From Candidatus Sulfotelmatobacter sp. (GTDB lineage Bacteria > Acidobacteriota > Terriglobia > Terriglobales > Acidobacteriaceae), in NCBI GenBank assembly GCA_035486795.1, contig DATHMS010000025.1, positions 16 to 64,015 on the forward strand: a stretch of DNA of 64,000 bases, given 5' to 3'. Each line of letters begins with the position of its first letter. Position 1 is the stretch's first letter. Shown in pieces: positions 17,597 through 27,767 of the stretch. The notes under the pieces are model-generated. The model saw nothing but the letters and a program-made list of their open reading frames with translations. It ran no database searches and was not told the DNA's origin. The translations under genes were made by a program, and so were the position numbers.

Positions 17597-17965
17597 ATGG
17601 GCTTTAGTGTGGTCGTTCTTGAAAGCGATCCCAAGGTCGCCCAGTCTTTGGCCGGTGGGCTTTCTTCCCACTTCCATTCCGTGCACTTAACGCGCTCTGG
17701 GGATGAACTACGCGAGCGCGTTGCTAAGAACCGGCCGGAGGTTGTGATTCTCGATATGGAATACTCCCGGCTGACGGATGTGCGCAACCTGCACCGCGAT
17801 TTTCCCACTTTGCCGATCGTCTGCACCCACCGCGTGCCAGATGAGGAGTTGTGGATCGCTGCCCTCGAGGCCGGCGCAAGCGACGTGTGCCCCGCCGACG
17901 ATGTGCCGAATGTTCTGAGTTCCGTTTTGCGGAACGTGGCGATAGCTAACCACGCTGCCGCCTGA
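17597..17965 (+). CDS. stand-alone CheY-like receiver domain protein (atypical)
   Basis: AGGAGG RBS. VVVLESD, VVILDMEY (putative phospho-Asp) and IVCTH are present. The usual Lys-Pro after beta5 is replaced (GASDVCPADD). Confidence 0.6.
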   Translation: MGFSVVVLESDPKVAQSLAGGLSSHFHSVHLTRSGDELRERVAKNRPEVVILDMEYSRLTDVRNLHRDFPTLPIVCTHRVPDEELWIAALEAGASDVCPADDVPNVLSSVLRNVAIANHAAA

Positions 17966-18049
17966 ATCCTTCCACCTCTACTCAGCGAGGATGCTTTCAG
18001 CGTCCTCGCTTTTCCGCTTCAGCGGATGCCTTGTTATACTCACTGCTCA

Positions 18050-18931
18050 ATGTTGCAAGAAACCCTGGAGCAAGGGCAGGCGCGAACCGACGCGGCCCTG
18101 GACCGGCTGATTCCGCTGGAAAGCCAACATCCGGAATCCATTCACAAGGCCATGCGTCATAGTGTGTTTGCCGGCGGCAAACGACTGCGGCCGGTGCTGT
18201 GCATGGAGGCAGGCCGCATGGTGGCGGGATCGTTGCCGAACAAAATCGAGGAACTGGGTGCGGCCCTGGAGATGCTGCACACTTACTCGCTGATCCACGA
18301 CGACCTTCCGGCGCTCGACAACGACGACCTGCGCCGCGGACGCCCTACCTGCCACAAGGTGTTTGGGGAAGCCCTGGCTATTCTGGCGGGAGACGCATTA
18401 CAGACACAGGCGTACGAGGTCCTTTCGCGGCTGGAATGTCCGGCGGAAGCACGAGTTCGAATCATCGAAGAGATCGCCCGCGGCACCGGCACGGTGGATG
18501 GCATGATCGGCGGACAAGTCGTGGATCTGGAAGCGGAACATGCACAGCCCACGGCGGAGATGCTGGAGTATATCCATCGCTCGAAGACGGCGGCGTTGAT
18601 CACGGCGAGCCTGGTGAGTGGTGGACTTTATGCCGGAGCGAAGGAGAGCGAAGTTAAGAGGCTGCGAGCGTTCGGGCAGTCCATTGGCCTGGCATTTCAG
18701 ATCGTGGATGACGTGCTCGACGTGACCCAGACCTCTGAGCAACTAGGCAAAACGGCCGGCAAAGATACTGCCGCGCAGAAGGTAACGTACCCGGCGCTGT
18801 TCGGGATCGAAGAGTCCGAGCGCAAGGCGGATGCGCTGGTGAGCGCCGCATTCTCCGAGTTGGAAGGTTTTGGCGAGCGAGCGGAACGGCTGAAGGAGCT
18901 GGCACGATATCTGGTAGAGCGGAAAAAGTAA
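18050..18931 (+). CDS. ispA: (2E,6E)-farnesyl diphosphate synthase / polyprenyl synthetase
   Basis: First and second Asp-rich motifs LIHDDLPALDNDDLRRG and FQIVDDVLD. Classic xseB-ispA neighbourhood. Confidence 0.85.
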   Translation: MLQETLEQGQARTDAALDRLIPLESQHPESIHKAMRHSVFAGGKRLRPVLCMEAGRMVAGSLPNKIEELGAALEMLHTYSLIHDDLPALDNDDLRRGRPTCHKVFGEALAILAGDALQTQAYEVLSRLECPAEARVRIIEEIARGTGTVDGMIGGQVVDLEAEHAQPTAEMLEYIHRSKTAALITASLVSGGLYAGAKESEVKRLRAFGQSIGLAFQIVDDVLDVTQTSEQLGKTAGKDTAAQKVTYPALFGIEESERKADALVSAAFSELEGFGERAERLKELARYLVERKK

Positions 18932-18968
18932 GAGCAACTCAGTCTTAAAGAAAGCAGTTTCGATCAAC

Positions 18969-19736
18969 ATGGCTTCGATTCCCCTCGACATTCTGGCGAT
19001 TGCAGCGCATCGCGACGACGTAGAACAGACCTGCGGCGGCACGCTCGCGAAGATGGCGCAGCGCGGGCAGCGCCCCGGCATCCTTGACCTGACGCAGGGT
19101 GAAATGGGAACGCGCGGCACCGCCGAAGATCGCGCCCGCGAGGCGGCCGAGGCGGCAAGAATTCTCGGCGTAGGCTGGCGTAGAGCGCTCGATATTCCCG
19201 ACGGCCGAGTCGAAAATACATGGGAGAATCGGCTGAAAGTGGCAACTGTGATCCGCGAGATGCGGCCGCGCGTCGTGATTTTGCCTTACTGGAAGGGGCG
19301 GCATCCCGATCACTACACGTGTTCCACGCTGGGGTATGAAGCTTGCTTTCTGGCGGGATTGTCGAAGCTGGCTCTCAGCTCTGAGCCTTCAGCCAGCAGC
19401 CAAACCAGCGCGGGAAAGGGTGGGCCGCTGCCTCCGCATCGTCCGTTCAAGATCATTTACGCCACGCTTTATTACGACGTGCGTCCAACGTTTGTGGTGG
19501 ACATCAGCCAGCAGTTCGAGCAGAAATTCGCTTCCATCCTGGCGTACAAGTCGCAGTTCAGCGATCAGGAAGCCGGCAAGGACCTCTTCCCTGCCCACAA
19601 CGAGATCCGCGCGCGTGTCGACGCAATGGCACGCTACTACGGCATGCTTGGCGGCGTGACCTATGCCGAGCCGTTCCTCCAGAAAGAAGTTGGGTTGGTG
19701 GAGGATCTGCTGGCGATCCCCGTGAAGTCGATTTAA
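18969..19736 (+). CDS. PIG-L/LmbE-family deacetylase, BshB1-like
   Basis: LDILAIAAHRDDVEQTCGGTLAK and DLTQGEMGTRGT match the BshB1-type signature as I recall it. Contains a Ser/Pro-rich insertion (SSEPSASSQTSAGKGGPLPP). Confidence 0.65.
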   Translation: MASIPLDILAIAAHRDDVEQTCGGTLAKMAQRGQRPGILDLTQGEMGTRGTAEDRAREAAEAARILGVGWRRALDIPDGRVENTWENRLKVATVIREMRPRVVILPYWKGRHPDHYTCSTLGYEACFLAGLSKLALSSEPSASSQTSAGKGGPLPPHRPFKIIYATLYYDVRPTFVVDISQQFEQKFASILAYKSQFSDQEAGKDLFPAHNEIRARVDAMARYYGMLGGVTYAEPFLQKEVGLVEDLLAIPVKSI

Positions 19737-19738
19737 CG

Positions 19739-20419
19739 TTACTTCTTCAGCGCAACCGCCAAGCCATCGCGAATGGGCAGGATCGTTGTATAGAAATCCT
19801 CGGAGTTGTAAAGCAAGCGGTTGAACTCGAGGATGGCTTTGGTTTGCGCCTCCTTGGGATTCTTCTCCGCGACCCGGCCGCTCCACAAGACATTGTCGGT
19901 GATAAATAAGCCTCCTTTGCGCAGGCGTGGGGAAACCAGGCGCAGTACACGCGGGTAGTCCTCTTTGTCGACATCGTTGAAGATTATGTCGTACTCCTGC
20001 TTCTGCTCGGAGAGGAATTCCAGAGCATCGCCGGTGTGGAGAGTAATGCGACCAGACACCCCGGCCCGATCGAAGTAGCGGCGGGCGCGCTCGGCGTTTT
20101 TCGGGTCGCCGTCTGTATAGATGACCCGGCCTTTTTCGCCGACTGCCCGCGCCCACCAAATGGTCGAGTATCCAATCGCCGAGCCCAGTTCGAAAACCGT
20201 GCCGGCATTCAGAGTCAGGGCAAGCTGCTGAAGTACGCGCGCCACCGCGGGGCCGACGATGGGGATATTGTGCTCGGACGCGTAGCCTTCCATCTCCGTC
20301 AGCACCTCGTCGCGCTTGGGCAGCACGGAATACAGATAGTCATCCACTGGGCCGGCGGTGATGAAGTTATGATGTCGCCAATTCGGTTTGTTTTCTTTCT
20401 TCGGTTTGTCCTGGGCCAC
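19739..20419 (-). CDS. class I SAM-dependent O-methyltransferase (caffeoyl-CoA OMT-like)
   Basis: GTG start 5 nt after GGGAG. SAM-binding VFELGSAIGYSTIWWA, FNDVDKEDY. Stop is 2 nt from the stop of the convergent gene. Confidence 0.75.
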   Translation of the reverse strand: MAQDKPKKENKPNWRHHNFITAGPVDDYLYSVLPKRDEVLTEMEGYASEHNIPIVGPAVARVLQQLALTLNAGTVFELGSAIGYSTIWWARAVGEKGRVIYTDGDPKNAERARRYFDRAGVSGRITLHTGDALEFLSEQKQEYDIIFNDVDKEDYPRVLRLVSPRLRKGGLFITDNVLWSGRVAEKNPKEAQTKAILEFNRLLYNSEDFYTTILPIRDGLAVALKK

Positions 20420-20463
20420 TTTTCTCCCTCGAGATTCCTACTGTTCGCTATTCAATTACTGGT

Positions 20464-21168
20464 TCAATTACCCGCGGTCACACCGGGCTTCATGGAGACG
20501 ATTTCAACGCCCGGCACGAGCTTCTGCAGTTCCCCCGGAGTTCCGGTTAGCACCGGGAACGTACCGAAATGCATGGGGATGACAGCCTTCGGCTTGAGTA
20601 GATTGCAGGCGTAAGCAGCCTCTCGCGGTCCCATGGTGAAGTGGTCGCCAATGGGCAACATTACGATTTCAGGCGCGTAAAGTTCGCGGATGATGGCCAT
20701 ATCTCCGAAAACATTGGTGTCTCCGGCGTGGTAGATCTTGACGCCGTTTTCGAATTCGATCACGTAACCGCAAGCTTCGCCGCCGTAAATAAGTTGGTCG
20801 CCATCCTGGATGCCGCAGGAATGATCGGCGTGCACCATGGTGACTTTGATGTCGCCGAGCTTCTGCGTACCTCCCTTGTTCATCATGGCGATTCTCTTGG
20901 CGCCCTTCTTCTCCAGCCATCCGCACAGTTCAGGGATACCGACAACCTGCGGGTTATGCTGCTTGATGACTTCGACAGCGTCGCCAATGTGATCACCGTG
21001 GCCGTGAGTGCACAGAAGAATGTCGACCTTCTTCACAGTTTTCTCAGAAGCCGGGCACATCGGGTTGTTCATGATCCAGGGATCGATAATGACGGACTGG
21101 CCGCTGGGAGTTACCAGGCGAAAGGTCGCGTGGCCCAACCAGGTAAGTTGAATGCCTTTGAGATTCAT
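20464..21168 (-). CDS. MBL-fold metal-dependent hydrolase (UPF0173-like)
   Basis: ATG 21168 (MNLKGIQLTWLGHATF). HxHxDH motif LLCTHGHGDHIGD. Confidence 0.75.
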   Translation of the reverse strand: MNLKGIQLTWLGHATFRLVTPSGQSVIIDPWIMNNPMCPASEKTVKKVDILLCTHGHGDHIGDAVEVIKQHNPQVVGIPELCGWLEKKGAKRIAMMNKGGTQKLGDIKVTMVHADHSCGIQDGDQLIYGGEACGYVIEFENGVKIYHAGDTNVFGDMAIIRELYAPEIVMLPIGDHFTMGPREAAYACNLLKPKAVIPMHFGTFPVLTGTPGELQKLVPGVEIVSMKPGVTAGN

Positions 21169-21270
21169 GAATGAGAGCTCCCAGCTGGTAGCCGCTTTCT
21201 TAAACAATTCCGCCGAAGGCAACCCTGCGAACGTGCCTGGGGATTGACTGTTAGTTTAATATGAAACGCC

Positions 21271-21822
21271 ATGACAGGACTCAAGGTGTTGATTTCTCAC
21301 GAAGCGATTGCGAAACGAGTCGCCGAAATGGGCGCCGAGATTACACGTGACTTCGTGGGTCAGCCCGTGATCCTGGTTGGCGTACTGAAGGGCTCTGCGA
21401 TTTTTCTAGCGGACCTGGCGCGCCAGATCAAGCTGGATGCGACCTTTGACTTCATCGGAGTCTCGAGCTACGGAAACCGTCCCAGCCCGACTCAGGAACT
21501 CAAGAGCGGATGGGATTCCACCGGCGAAGTGAAGCTGACCAAGGACGTCGATCAATCAATGAAGGATAAGAACGTGATTGTAGTAGAGGACATTCTGGAT
21601 ACTGGATTGACGCTCACGGTTCTGAAGAAACTGTTGCTGGCACATCAGCCTCGATCGCTGAAGATCGCAGCTCTCCTCGACAAGCCCTCGCGCCGCAAAC
21701 TGCCGCTGCAAGGCGATTACGTGGGTTTCACTATTCCCGACGAGTTCGTCGTCGGCTACGGCCTGGACTACGCCGAACGCTACCGGAACCTGGCCGATGT
21801 CTGCATCGTGCCGCGGGAGTAG
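21271..21822 (+). CDS. hpt: hypoxanthine phosphoribosyltransferase
   Basis: PRPP-binding motif VIVVEDILDTGLTL. Typical Hpt N-terminus and length. Confidence 0.9.
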   Translation: MTGLKVLISHEAIAKRVAEMGAEITRDFVGQPVILVGVLKGSAIFLADLARQIKLDATFDFIGVSSYGNRPSPTQELKSGWDSTGEVKLTKDVDQSMKDKNVIVVEDILDTGLTLTVLKKLLLAHQPRSLKIAALLDKPSRRKLPLQGDYVGFTIPDEFVVGYGLDYAERYRNLADVCIVPRE

Positions 21823-21889
21823 TACCAGTTGTCAGTTGTCAGTACTCGGCAGTCGATACTCCAAGCGTGGCTGCTATCATGGAAAAACC

Positions 21890-23668
21890 ATGGGTTCTGT
21901 CTTGAGCAAGCACGAAAAGCATGTGCCGGTGGATCCTCTGTTGCTCGAGGTATCCGACGTCATGTCGACCTCGCTCGACCTGGATACTACTCTGCGCCGG
22001 GTTGCAGAAGTAGTGCGTAAAGTCATCGACTACGAAATCTTCGCGATCCTCCTTCTGAACGAAAAAACACAGGAAATGCGGATTCGCTTTCAGGTGGGAT
22101 ATCCTCCGGAGTTCGCCGAGCGCGCGCGAATCAAAGTGGGCGTGGGAGTGACCGGACAGGCAGCCCAATTGCGGCAGGCAGTTCTGATCGATGATGTGAC
22201 GCAGGATCCCCGCTACATCTCTGCCGTACCCAACGTGCGGTCGGAATTGGCCGTGCCCCTCACCACCAAGAACCGCGTGATTGGAGTGATCGACCTCGAG
22301 GCGCGGGACCCAGGCTACTTCAACGATGAACACAAGCGCCTGTTGACCCTGATCGCTTCGCGCATGGCGGCGGGCATCGAGAACGCTCAACTCTATACGC
22401 GCACCACCAAGCAGGCGAGAATTCTACTGCTGTTGAACGAGATCGCGCGCGAGCTGACCTCGATCCTGAACCTGGACGAATTATTCGGCCGGATTGCCGA
22501 GCTCCTGCGACGCTTGATTGACTTTCAGATGTTCAGCATCCTGCTGCTGGATTCTTCTGGCGAGAAGCTGCAGCATCGCTTCTCATTGCGCTTTAACGAA
22601 AATGTCCACGTGAAGCAGGAGATTCCGTTGGGGCGTGGCTTGGTGGGACAGGCGGCGGAGACGGGACACGCAATTGTGGTTCCCGACGTGAGCAAAGATT
22701 CCCGCTACATCGAGAGCAACCCGGAAACGCGATCGGAACTGGTCGTGCCCTTGGTCTACAAGGACAAAGTAATCGGGGTGCTCGATCTCGAGCACACCCG
22801 GCGTGGCTTTTTTACCGACGATCATCGCCGAACCGTGATGACGCTCGCGGCGCAGGTGGCGATTGCCATCGAAAACGCCCGCCTGTATGAGGAGATTGCG
22901 CGGCAGGAGCGGCGGCTGGAAAGGGATTTAGCGCTGGCTCGTGAATTGCAAATGCGACTGCTCCCGCAAACGCTGCCCAAGCTGGCACACCTGGAGTTAG
23001 CCGCGAAGTTTAGTCCCGCGCGAGCGATTGGCGGCGACCTTTACGACTTCATTCCCTACTCGCTTTCGCGGCTGGGAATAGCGATCGGCGACGTCAGCGG
23101 CAAGGGAGCGCCAGCCGCCATTTACGCGGCGCTGGTAAGCGGGATCTTGCGCTCGCATGCGCCGATTGAGCCGGGCCCCGCAGAGATGCTTTCCGCGGTG
23201 AATTTGTCTTTGGCGGAGCGGCGCATCGAGGCACAATTTGTGTCACTCATCTACGCGGTTTGGGATGACGAGCACCGCACCCTCTTGGTGGCCAATTCGG
23301 GCTTGCCGCGCCCAGTTTACGTTCACGATGGCAAGAACAACGTAATCGAGGCGACAGGTCTGCCCTTGGGGCTATTCGACGACGCGGAGTACGATGAGTT
23401 CCGATTCAAGATGAAGCCTGGAGATATGTTTGTATTCTTCAGCGACGGCATTCTGGACGCTCGGAACCGGAGCGGCGAACTTTTTGGCCGTGGACGCGCC
23501 GAGAAAATCATTGCCGAATGCGCCGGCCGGTCGGCGGATTGCGTGGTAGACCGCCTCTTCAAGGCTGCGGCCGAGCATTCCGCCGGGGTCGAGACCTTCG
23601 ACGACCAAACGGTCGTCGCAATCAAGGTCAAGGACGGTGCCGCACTCAGTTCTTCCAAGCGAAAATGA
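21890..23668 (+). CDS. GAF-GAF-PP2C (SpoIIE-type) protein phosphatase
   Basis: ATG 21890. Two GAF blocks (SELAVPLTTKNRVIGVIDLE and SELVVPLVYKDKVIGVLDLE). PP2C motifs GDVSGKGAPAAIYAA, FSDGILDA and DDQTVVAIKV. Confidence 0.8.
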   Translation: MGSVLSKHEKHVPVDPLLLEVSDVMSTSLDLDTTLRRVAEVVRKVIDYEIFAILLLNEKTQEMRIRFQVGYPPEFAERARIKVGVGVTGQAAQLRQAVLIDDVTQDPRYISAVPNVRSELAVPLTTKNRVIGVIDLEARDPGYFNDEHKRLLTLIASRMAAGIENAQLYTRTTKQARILLLLNEIARELTSILNLDELFGRIAELLRRLIDFQMFSILLLDSSGEKLQHRFSLRFNENVHVKQEIPLGRGLVGQAAETGHAIVVPDVSKDSRYIESNPETRSELVVPLVYKDKVIGVLDLEHTRRGFFTDDHRRTVMTLAAQVAIAIENARLYEEIARQERRLERDLALARELQMRLLPQTLPKLAHLELAAKFSPARAIGGDLYDFIPYSLSRLGIAIGDVSGKGAPAAIYAALVSGILRSHAPIEPGPAEMLSAVNLSLAERRIEAQFVSLIYAVWDDEHRTLLVANSGLPRPVYVHDGKNNVIEATGLPLGLFDDAEYDEFRFKMKPGDMFVFFSDGILDARNRSGELFGRGRAEKIIAECAGRSADCVVDRLFKAAAEHSAGVETFDDQTVVAIKVKDGAALSSSKRK

Positions 23669-25008
23669 CCCGGCGTCGCGAAGTTACGAGACCTCCATAC
23701 GACAATTTCGAGCGTCCCCCGGGCTTCGTTTTTCTCGAACGCCGGAAAGCGTTGTTGCGCGTCGGCGGGGAGCTTGAATTGTACTGCGACGGCGTTCCAT
23801 TGACCGAACTGGCGGAGCGCTACGGAACCCCGCTCTACGTTTATTCGGCAACCACCATCCGCGAGCGTTTAGCGGCCTTCGAGCAGGCGTTTCACGATGT
23901 TCCCCACACCATTTGCTATTCCGTCAAAGCGAATTCCAATATCAGCATTCTGCGCTTGCTGGCGCGGCAGGGATGCGGCTTTGACGTGGTTTCGGGCGGA
24001 GAACTCGAGCGGGTACTGGCCGCCGACCGCCGTGCCGCCAAAAAGACTGTGTTCTCCGGCGTGGGAAAGTCTCGTGACGAAATCACGGCGGCGTTGAAGG
24101 CCGGAATTCTGCTCTTTAACGTGGAGAGCGAATCGGAACTAAGCACTCTGGCAGAATGTGCGGCACGGTCGCGCAAGGTTGCGCACGTGGCACTTCGCGT
24201 GAATCCAGACGTCGCGGCCAATACCCATCCCTACATCTCGACGGGTTTGCATGAACATAAGTTCGGAGTGCCAATCGGCAACGCGCGTGCGCTGTACGCC
24301 ACCGTTTCGGGAATGCCTTATCTGAAAGTCGCGGGGATCTCGGTTCATATTGGCTCACAGATCACCGATGTTGCGCCCTTCGCCGAAGCCGTGGCGCGGG
24401 TAGCCGATTTGGTTCGCGGGTTGCGCGCCGACGGGCACAGCGTAGATTACGTCGACGCAGGTGGTGGGCTTGGGATTGCCTATCAGGGAATGGGGTTAGA
24501 GTTCGCAGGATACGTTGCAGCGTATGCGCGAGCCCTGACCAATCCTCTGCGCGGACTCAACGTTCATTTGCTGCTCGAACCGGGCCGGGCGATTGTAGGT
24601 CCCGCAGGTGTGCTGATCACCTCTGTTCTTTACAGAAAAGAAAACCATGGCAAGCGGTTTCTGGTGACAGATGCGGCCATGAACGACTTAATCCGACCTG
24701 CACTTTACGACGCTTACCACGAGATTGTTCCCGTGGTGCAATCCAAGGAGTTGTCAGCGAAGAAAGAGATTGTCGATGTGGTGGGTCCGGTCTGCGAGTC
24801 GGGCGACTTCTTCGCACGCGATCGCGAGTTGCCTCGTGTGGAAGAGGGCGCCTTGCTTGCGATTCTTGATGCCGGAGCTTACGGGATGGTGTTAGCTTCG
24901 AACTACAACACGCGCCCCCGGCCCGCGGAAGTGCTGGTGAGCGGGAAATCAGCCAAGATCATTCGACCCCGGGAAAAGGTGCGCAATCTGTACTCTGCGG
25001 AGTTGTAA
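23665..25008 (+). CDS. lysA: diaminopimelate decarboxylase
   Basis: ATG 23665 overlaps the phosphatase stop (ATGA). Motifs GTPLYVYS, CYSVKANSN, GGGLGI and CESGD. Confidence 0.9.
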   Translation: MTRRREVTRPPYDNFERPPGFVFLERRKALLRVGGELELYCDGVPLTELAERYGTPLYVYSATTIRERLAAFEQAFHDVPHTICYSVKANSNISILRLLARQGCGFDVVSGGELERVLAADRRAAKKTVFSGVGKSRDEITAALKAGILLFNVESESELSTLAECAARSRKVAHVALRVNPDVAANTHPYISTGLHEHKFGVPIGNARALYATVSGMPYLKVAGISVHIGSQITDVAPFAEAVARVADLVRGLRADGHSVDYVDAGGGLGIAYQGMGLEFAGYVAAYARALTNPLRGLNVHLLLEPGRAIVGPAGVLITSVLYRKENHGKRFLVTDAAMNDLIRPALYDAYHEIVPVVQSKELSAKKEIVDVVGPVCESGDFFARDRELPRVEEGALLAILDAGAYGMVLASNYNTRPRPAEVLVSGKSAKIIRPREKVRNLYSAEL

Positions 25009-25036
25009 GCGGAGCAACGCTTTCCGCCGTTACGAC

Positions 25037-25918
25037 TTATCTCTCTCCCCATTTTAGTTTCGTGCGGAGAACCTGGAAGAAGTCCGTGTCGGTGCGGAAC
25101 AAGCTCACTTTGTGCTCGGATCGGCGGCAGCGGACCCGGTCTCCATCCTTCAGATCAAGACCAGGCTGGCCGTCCAGACTGAGATAGGCCACTTCCTCGT
25201 CGCTGCGCAGCAATATCTCTATCACGGCTGAATCGGGCACCACCAGCGGACGGTGCGTAAGCGAGTGCGGCGCCACCGGAGTGATCACAAAAGCTTTGAC
25301 CGTCGGCATCACCACAGGGCCGCCCGCCGAGAGAGAGTACGCAGTCGTACCTGTGGGCGTAGCCACGATCATTCCATCGGCCCGGTAGCTGGAGACGAAC
25401 GTTTTGTCGACGAAGAGGTCGTAGTTATTCAGGCGAGCCAAAGCTGTCTTATTGACGACGACGTCATTAAACGCCATGTAACTTCCCAGGATCTCTTCAC
25501 CACGCAGCAAATCACAGTGCATCAGCGAACGATGTTCCACGTGCGCGCGGCTCTGCGCAATCGCGTCGAGCATCGAGAAGAGCGAGGAAAGCGGAACATC
25601 GGTGAGGAAGCCAAGCGAACCCAGGTTCACGCCGAGCAGCGGAGCATCGGCTTCAGCGGTAGCCCGAACGGCCGAAAGCAGCGTTCCGTCGCCGCCGAGC
25701 ACTATCACCAGGTTCAAAGACCGCGAGGACATTTCCGAACGCAACACTTCCTCTTGACCGCCGGAATACTTGGCTGTCTCCGGGTCCACGATCACCTGAT
25801 AGCTGTGGGCTTGGAGCCATGCCAGGAGTTCAGGAACGGTTCGCGCAACCTCCGGACGCGCTGGACGAGAGATAATGGCCGCAACTTTCGATCCTGCAGA
25901 TGAGCGAGAACTTGCCAT
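25037..25918 (-). CDS. nadK: NAD+ kinase
   Basis: VLGGDGTLLSA, GSLGFLT and TPTGTTAYSLSAGGP. Confidence 0.9.
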   Translation of the reverse strand: MASSRSSAGSKVAAIISRPARPEVARTVPELLAWLQAHSYQVIVDPETAKYSGGQEEVLRSEMSSRSLNLVIVLGGDGTLLSAVRATAEADAPLLGVNLGSLGFLTDVPLSSLFSMLDAIAQSRAHVEHRSLMHCDLLRGEEILGSYMAFNDVVVNKTALARLNNYDLFVDKTFVSSYRADGMIVATPTGTTAYSLSAGGPVVMPTVKAFVITPVAPHSLTHRPLVVPDSAVIEILLRSDEEVAYLSLDGQPGLDLKDGDRVRCRRSEHKVSLFRTDTDFFQVLRTKLKWGER

Positions 25919-26021
25919 GTTGGTCGAGTGAAAAGGAGATTGTACAGAATTCGAAGAAAAAAGCTTTAACCAGGGGCGCGCTTTCGATTGCGCTCAGGGC
26001 GCGCCCCCGAGTCCACGGCGA

Positions 26022-26804
26022 TTAGAACACTCCCAGAAGAAGGAACTCGCGGTTCCCTTCTGCGCCGAGGATGGGCGATTCGATGACATCCGTGCGAGAA
26101 CAACCCAGGTCCAGCAAGGTTCTCTTAACCTTTTCGACCGACGCCAACTGCGCAGCCTGGTCGCGGACAATCCCTCCCTTGCCAACGAATTCCCTTCCCG
26201 CCTCGAACTGAGGTTTAACCAGGATAATCATCTGCCGGCCGCGGCGCACGCTTGCAGACTGCGGGAAAGCCGCCTTAACCACCGGAGGGAGAACCAGGGT
26301 CGCGGAGATAAACGCCACGTCGATCGCGATGAAGTCTAAGTCTTCGCCAATGACGTCGGCAGTCACATACCGGGCATTCACTTTTTCCAGGAGCCGCACC
26401 CGGGAATCCTGGCGGAGTTTGAAATCCATTTGTCCATAACCGGTATCGACCGCGATCACACGAGCCGCACCATTCTGCAGCAGGCAATCAGTGAACCCGC
26501 CGGTGGAAGCACCGACATCGAGACACACCTTGCCCTCGACATCGATCTGCCAATGTTCCAGAGCGCGTTCAAGTTTGAGTCCACCACGGCTCACGAACTT
26601 CAGATCTTCCCCGAGCAGCCGAATCGCGGCCGCGGACTCAACCTGAGCACCAGCCTTGTCGAACTTCTGATCGTTGACCAGCACTTTCCCTGCGAGAATG
26701 AGAGCCTGGGCACGTTCTCGTGAAGCGGCCAGGCCGCGGTCGACGAGGAGTTTGTCGAGTCTCAGCTTCAAGGTCGGCTCGGGATTGCAGAGTTGTGGCG
26801 GCAA
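26022..26804 (-). CDS. tlyA: TlyA-family rRNA 2'-O-methyltransferase (S4 + FtsJ domains)
   Basis: S4-like RLDKLLVDRGL. SAM site CLDVGASTGGFTDCLL. The listed start is TTG; an in-frame TTG at 26771 (MKLRLDKLL) is an alternative. Confidence 0.8.
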   Translation of the reverse strand: MPPQLCNPEPTLKLRLDKLLVDRGLAASRERAQALILAGKVLVNDQKFDKAGAQVESAAAIRLLGEDLKFVSRGGLKLERALEHWQIDVEGKVCLDVGASTGGFTDCLLQNGAARVIAVDTGYGQMDFKLRQDSRVRLLEKVNARYVTADVIGEDLDFIAIDVAFISATLVLPPVVKAAFPQSASVRRGRQMIILVKPQFEAGREFVGKGGIVRDQAAQLASVEKVKRTLLDLGCSRTDVIESPILGAEGNREFLLLGVF

Positions 26805-26962
26805 CTGGCATCGATCTGCAGTGGGACCACGAAGGTGCTAGCCCTCGCTGCGGTGCAAAATGCTGAACCGTCTCTCGCTGAATCACTTACGAAGATACCG
26901 TCGTGCTTTTCCACAGAATTTTCCACGGTCGTGTTGAAAACTTTCTCCGCCTCTCACTCCTT

Positions 26963-26992
26963 AAAGAGAAAAGCCGCCCCCATGGGGGCGGC
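26963..26992 (-). terminator. rho-independent terminator of the yebC-family gene
   Basis: GCCGCCCCC/GGGGGCGGC stem (26973-26992), followed on the minus strand by TTTTCTCTTT. Lies 26 nt after the stop. Confidence 0.6.
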
Positions 26993-27017
26993 TCTCAGAA
27001 AATATTCAAATGCGCCA

Positions 27018-27767
27018 CTAGCCAGCCACTTCTTCCAGGAGCTTTTGATCAATATCGAAGTTGGAGTGCACATTCTGCACGTCATCCTGATCTTCGAGCG
27101 CTTCCATGAGCCGGATCATCGTGTTGGCGGCTTGACCTTCAAGTTTAATGTAGTTCTGAGGAATCATCGCGACACTCGATGACGCCGGCTCAATGCCGGC
27201 TTTCTTCACAGCTTCGAGCACGGTCTCGAACGCGGAGGGTTCGGTCAGGATTTCCCAATTCTCGCCGTCGTCGTTCAGGTCTTCGCCACCGGCTTCGAGA
27301 ACGATGTTCATCAGGTCGTCCTCTTTCGCTGCACTCTTCGGAATAATTATGTCGCCCTTCTTGTGGAACATCCAAGAAACCGCGCCAGCCTCCGCCATGT
27401 TTCCGCCGTTCTTGCCGAAGCAGTGGCGGATTTCACTCACCGTGCGGTTACGGTTGTCAGTGTTGATATCGAGCAGGACCGCGACCCCGCCGGGCCCATA
27501 GCCTTCGAGAGAAAACTCCTCGTAAGTGGCTCCGGGCAGCTCTCCCGTGCCACGCTGAATGGCCCGCTTGATGTTATCGGCGGGCATGTTCTCAGCCTTG
27601 GCGGCAACAATGGCGCCGCGTAGCCGCGGGTTCGAATCAGGGTCACCGCCGCCGTTCTTCGCGGCAATGCTGATTTCCTTGATGAGACGGGTAAAAATCT
27701 TGCCGCGCTTGGCGTCCAGCGCGCCCTTCTTGTGCTTGATTGTGGCCCATTTTGAATGGCCAGACAT
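27018..27767 (-). CDS. YebC/PmpR-family DNA-binding regulator
   Basis: [32 protein letters not shown] is a near-universal YebC N-terminus. Confidence 0.9.
   Translation of the reverse strand: MSGHSKWATIKHKKGALDAKRGKIFTRLIKEISIAAKNGGGDPDSNPRLRGAIVAAKAENMPADNIKRAIQRGTGELPGATYEEFSLEGYGPGGVAVLLDINTDNRNRTVSEIRHCFGKNGGNMAEAGAVSWMFHKKGDIIIPKSAAKEDDLMNIVLEAGGEDLNDDGENWEILTEPSAFETVLEAVKKAGIEPASSSVAMIPQNYIKLEGQAANTMIRLMEALEDQDDVQNVHSNFDIDQKLLEEVAG

Noticed and set aside
26916-26940. Direct repeat TTTTCCAC x2 upstream of tlyA as a regulator site.
   Set aside because: There are only two 8-mers with no symmetry or supporting context, which is too weak to call.
27081-27090. GTCATCCTGA at 27081 and GTCATTCTG at 13440, as further copies of the dispersed motif.
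   Set aside because: Both are inside conserved coding sequence and lack the AGGAMCT 3' end, so I regard them as chance matches.
27628-27638. GGGTTCGAATC, a T-arm-like tRNA signature.
   Set aside because: It lies inside the highly conserved yebC-family coding sequence with no acceptor or anticodon stems around it. No tRNA was found anywhere in the window.
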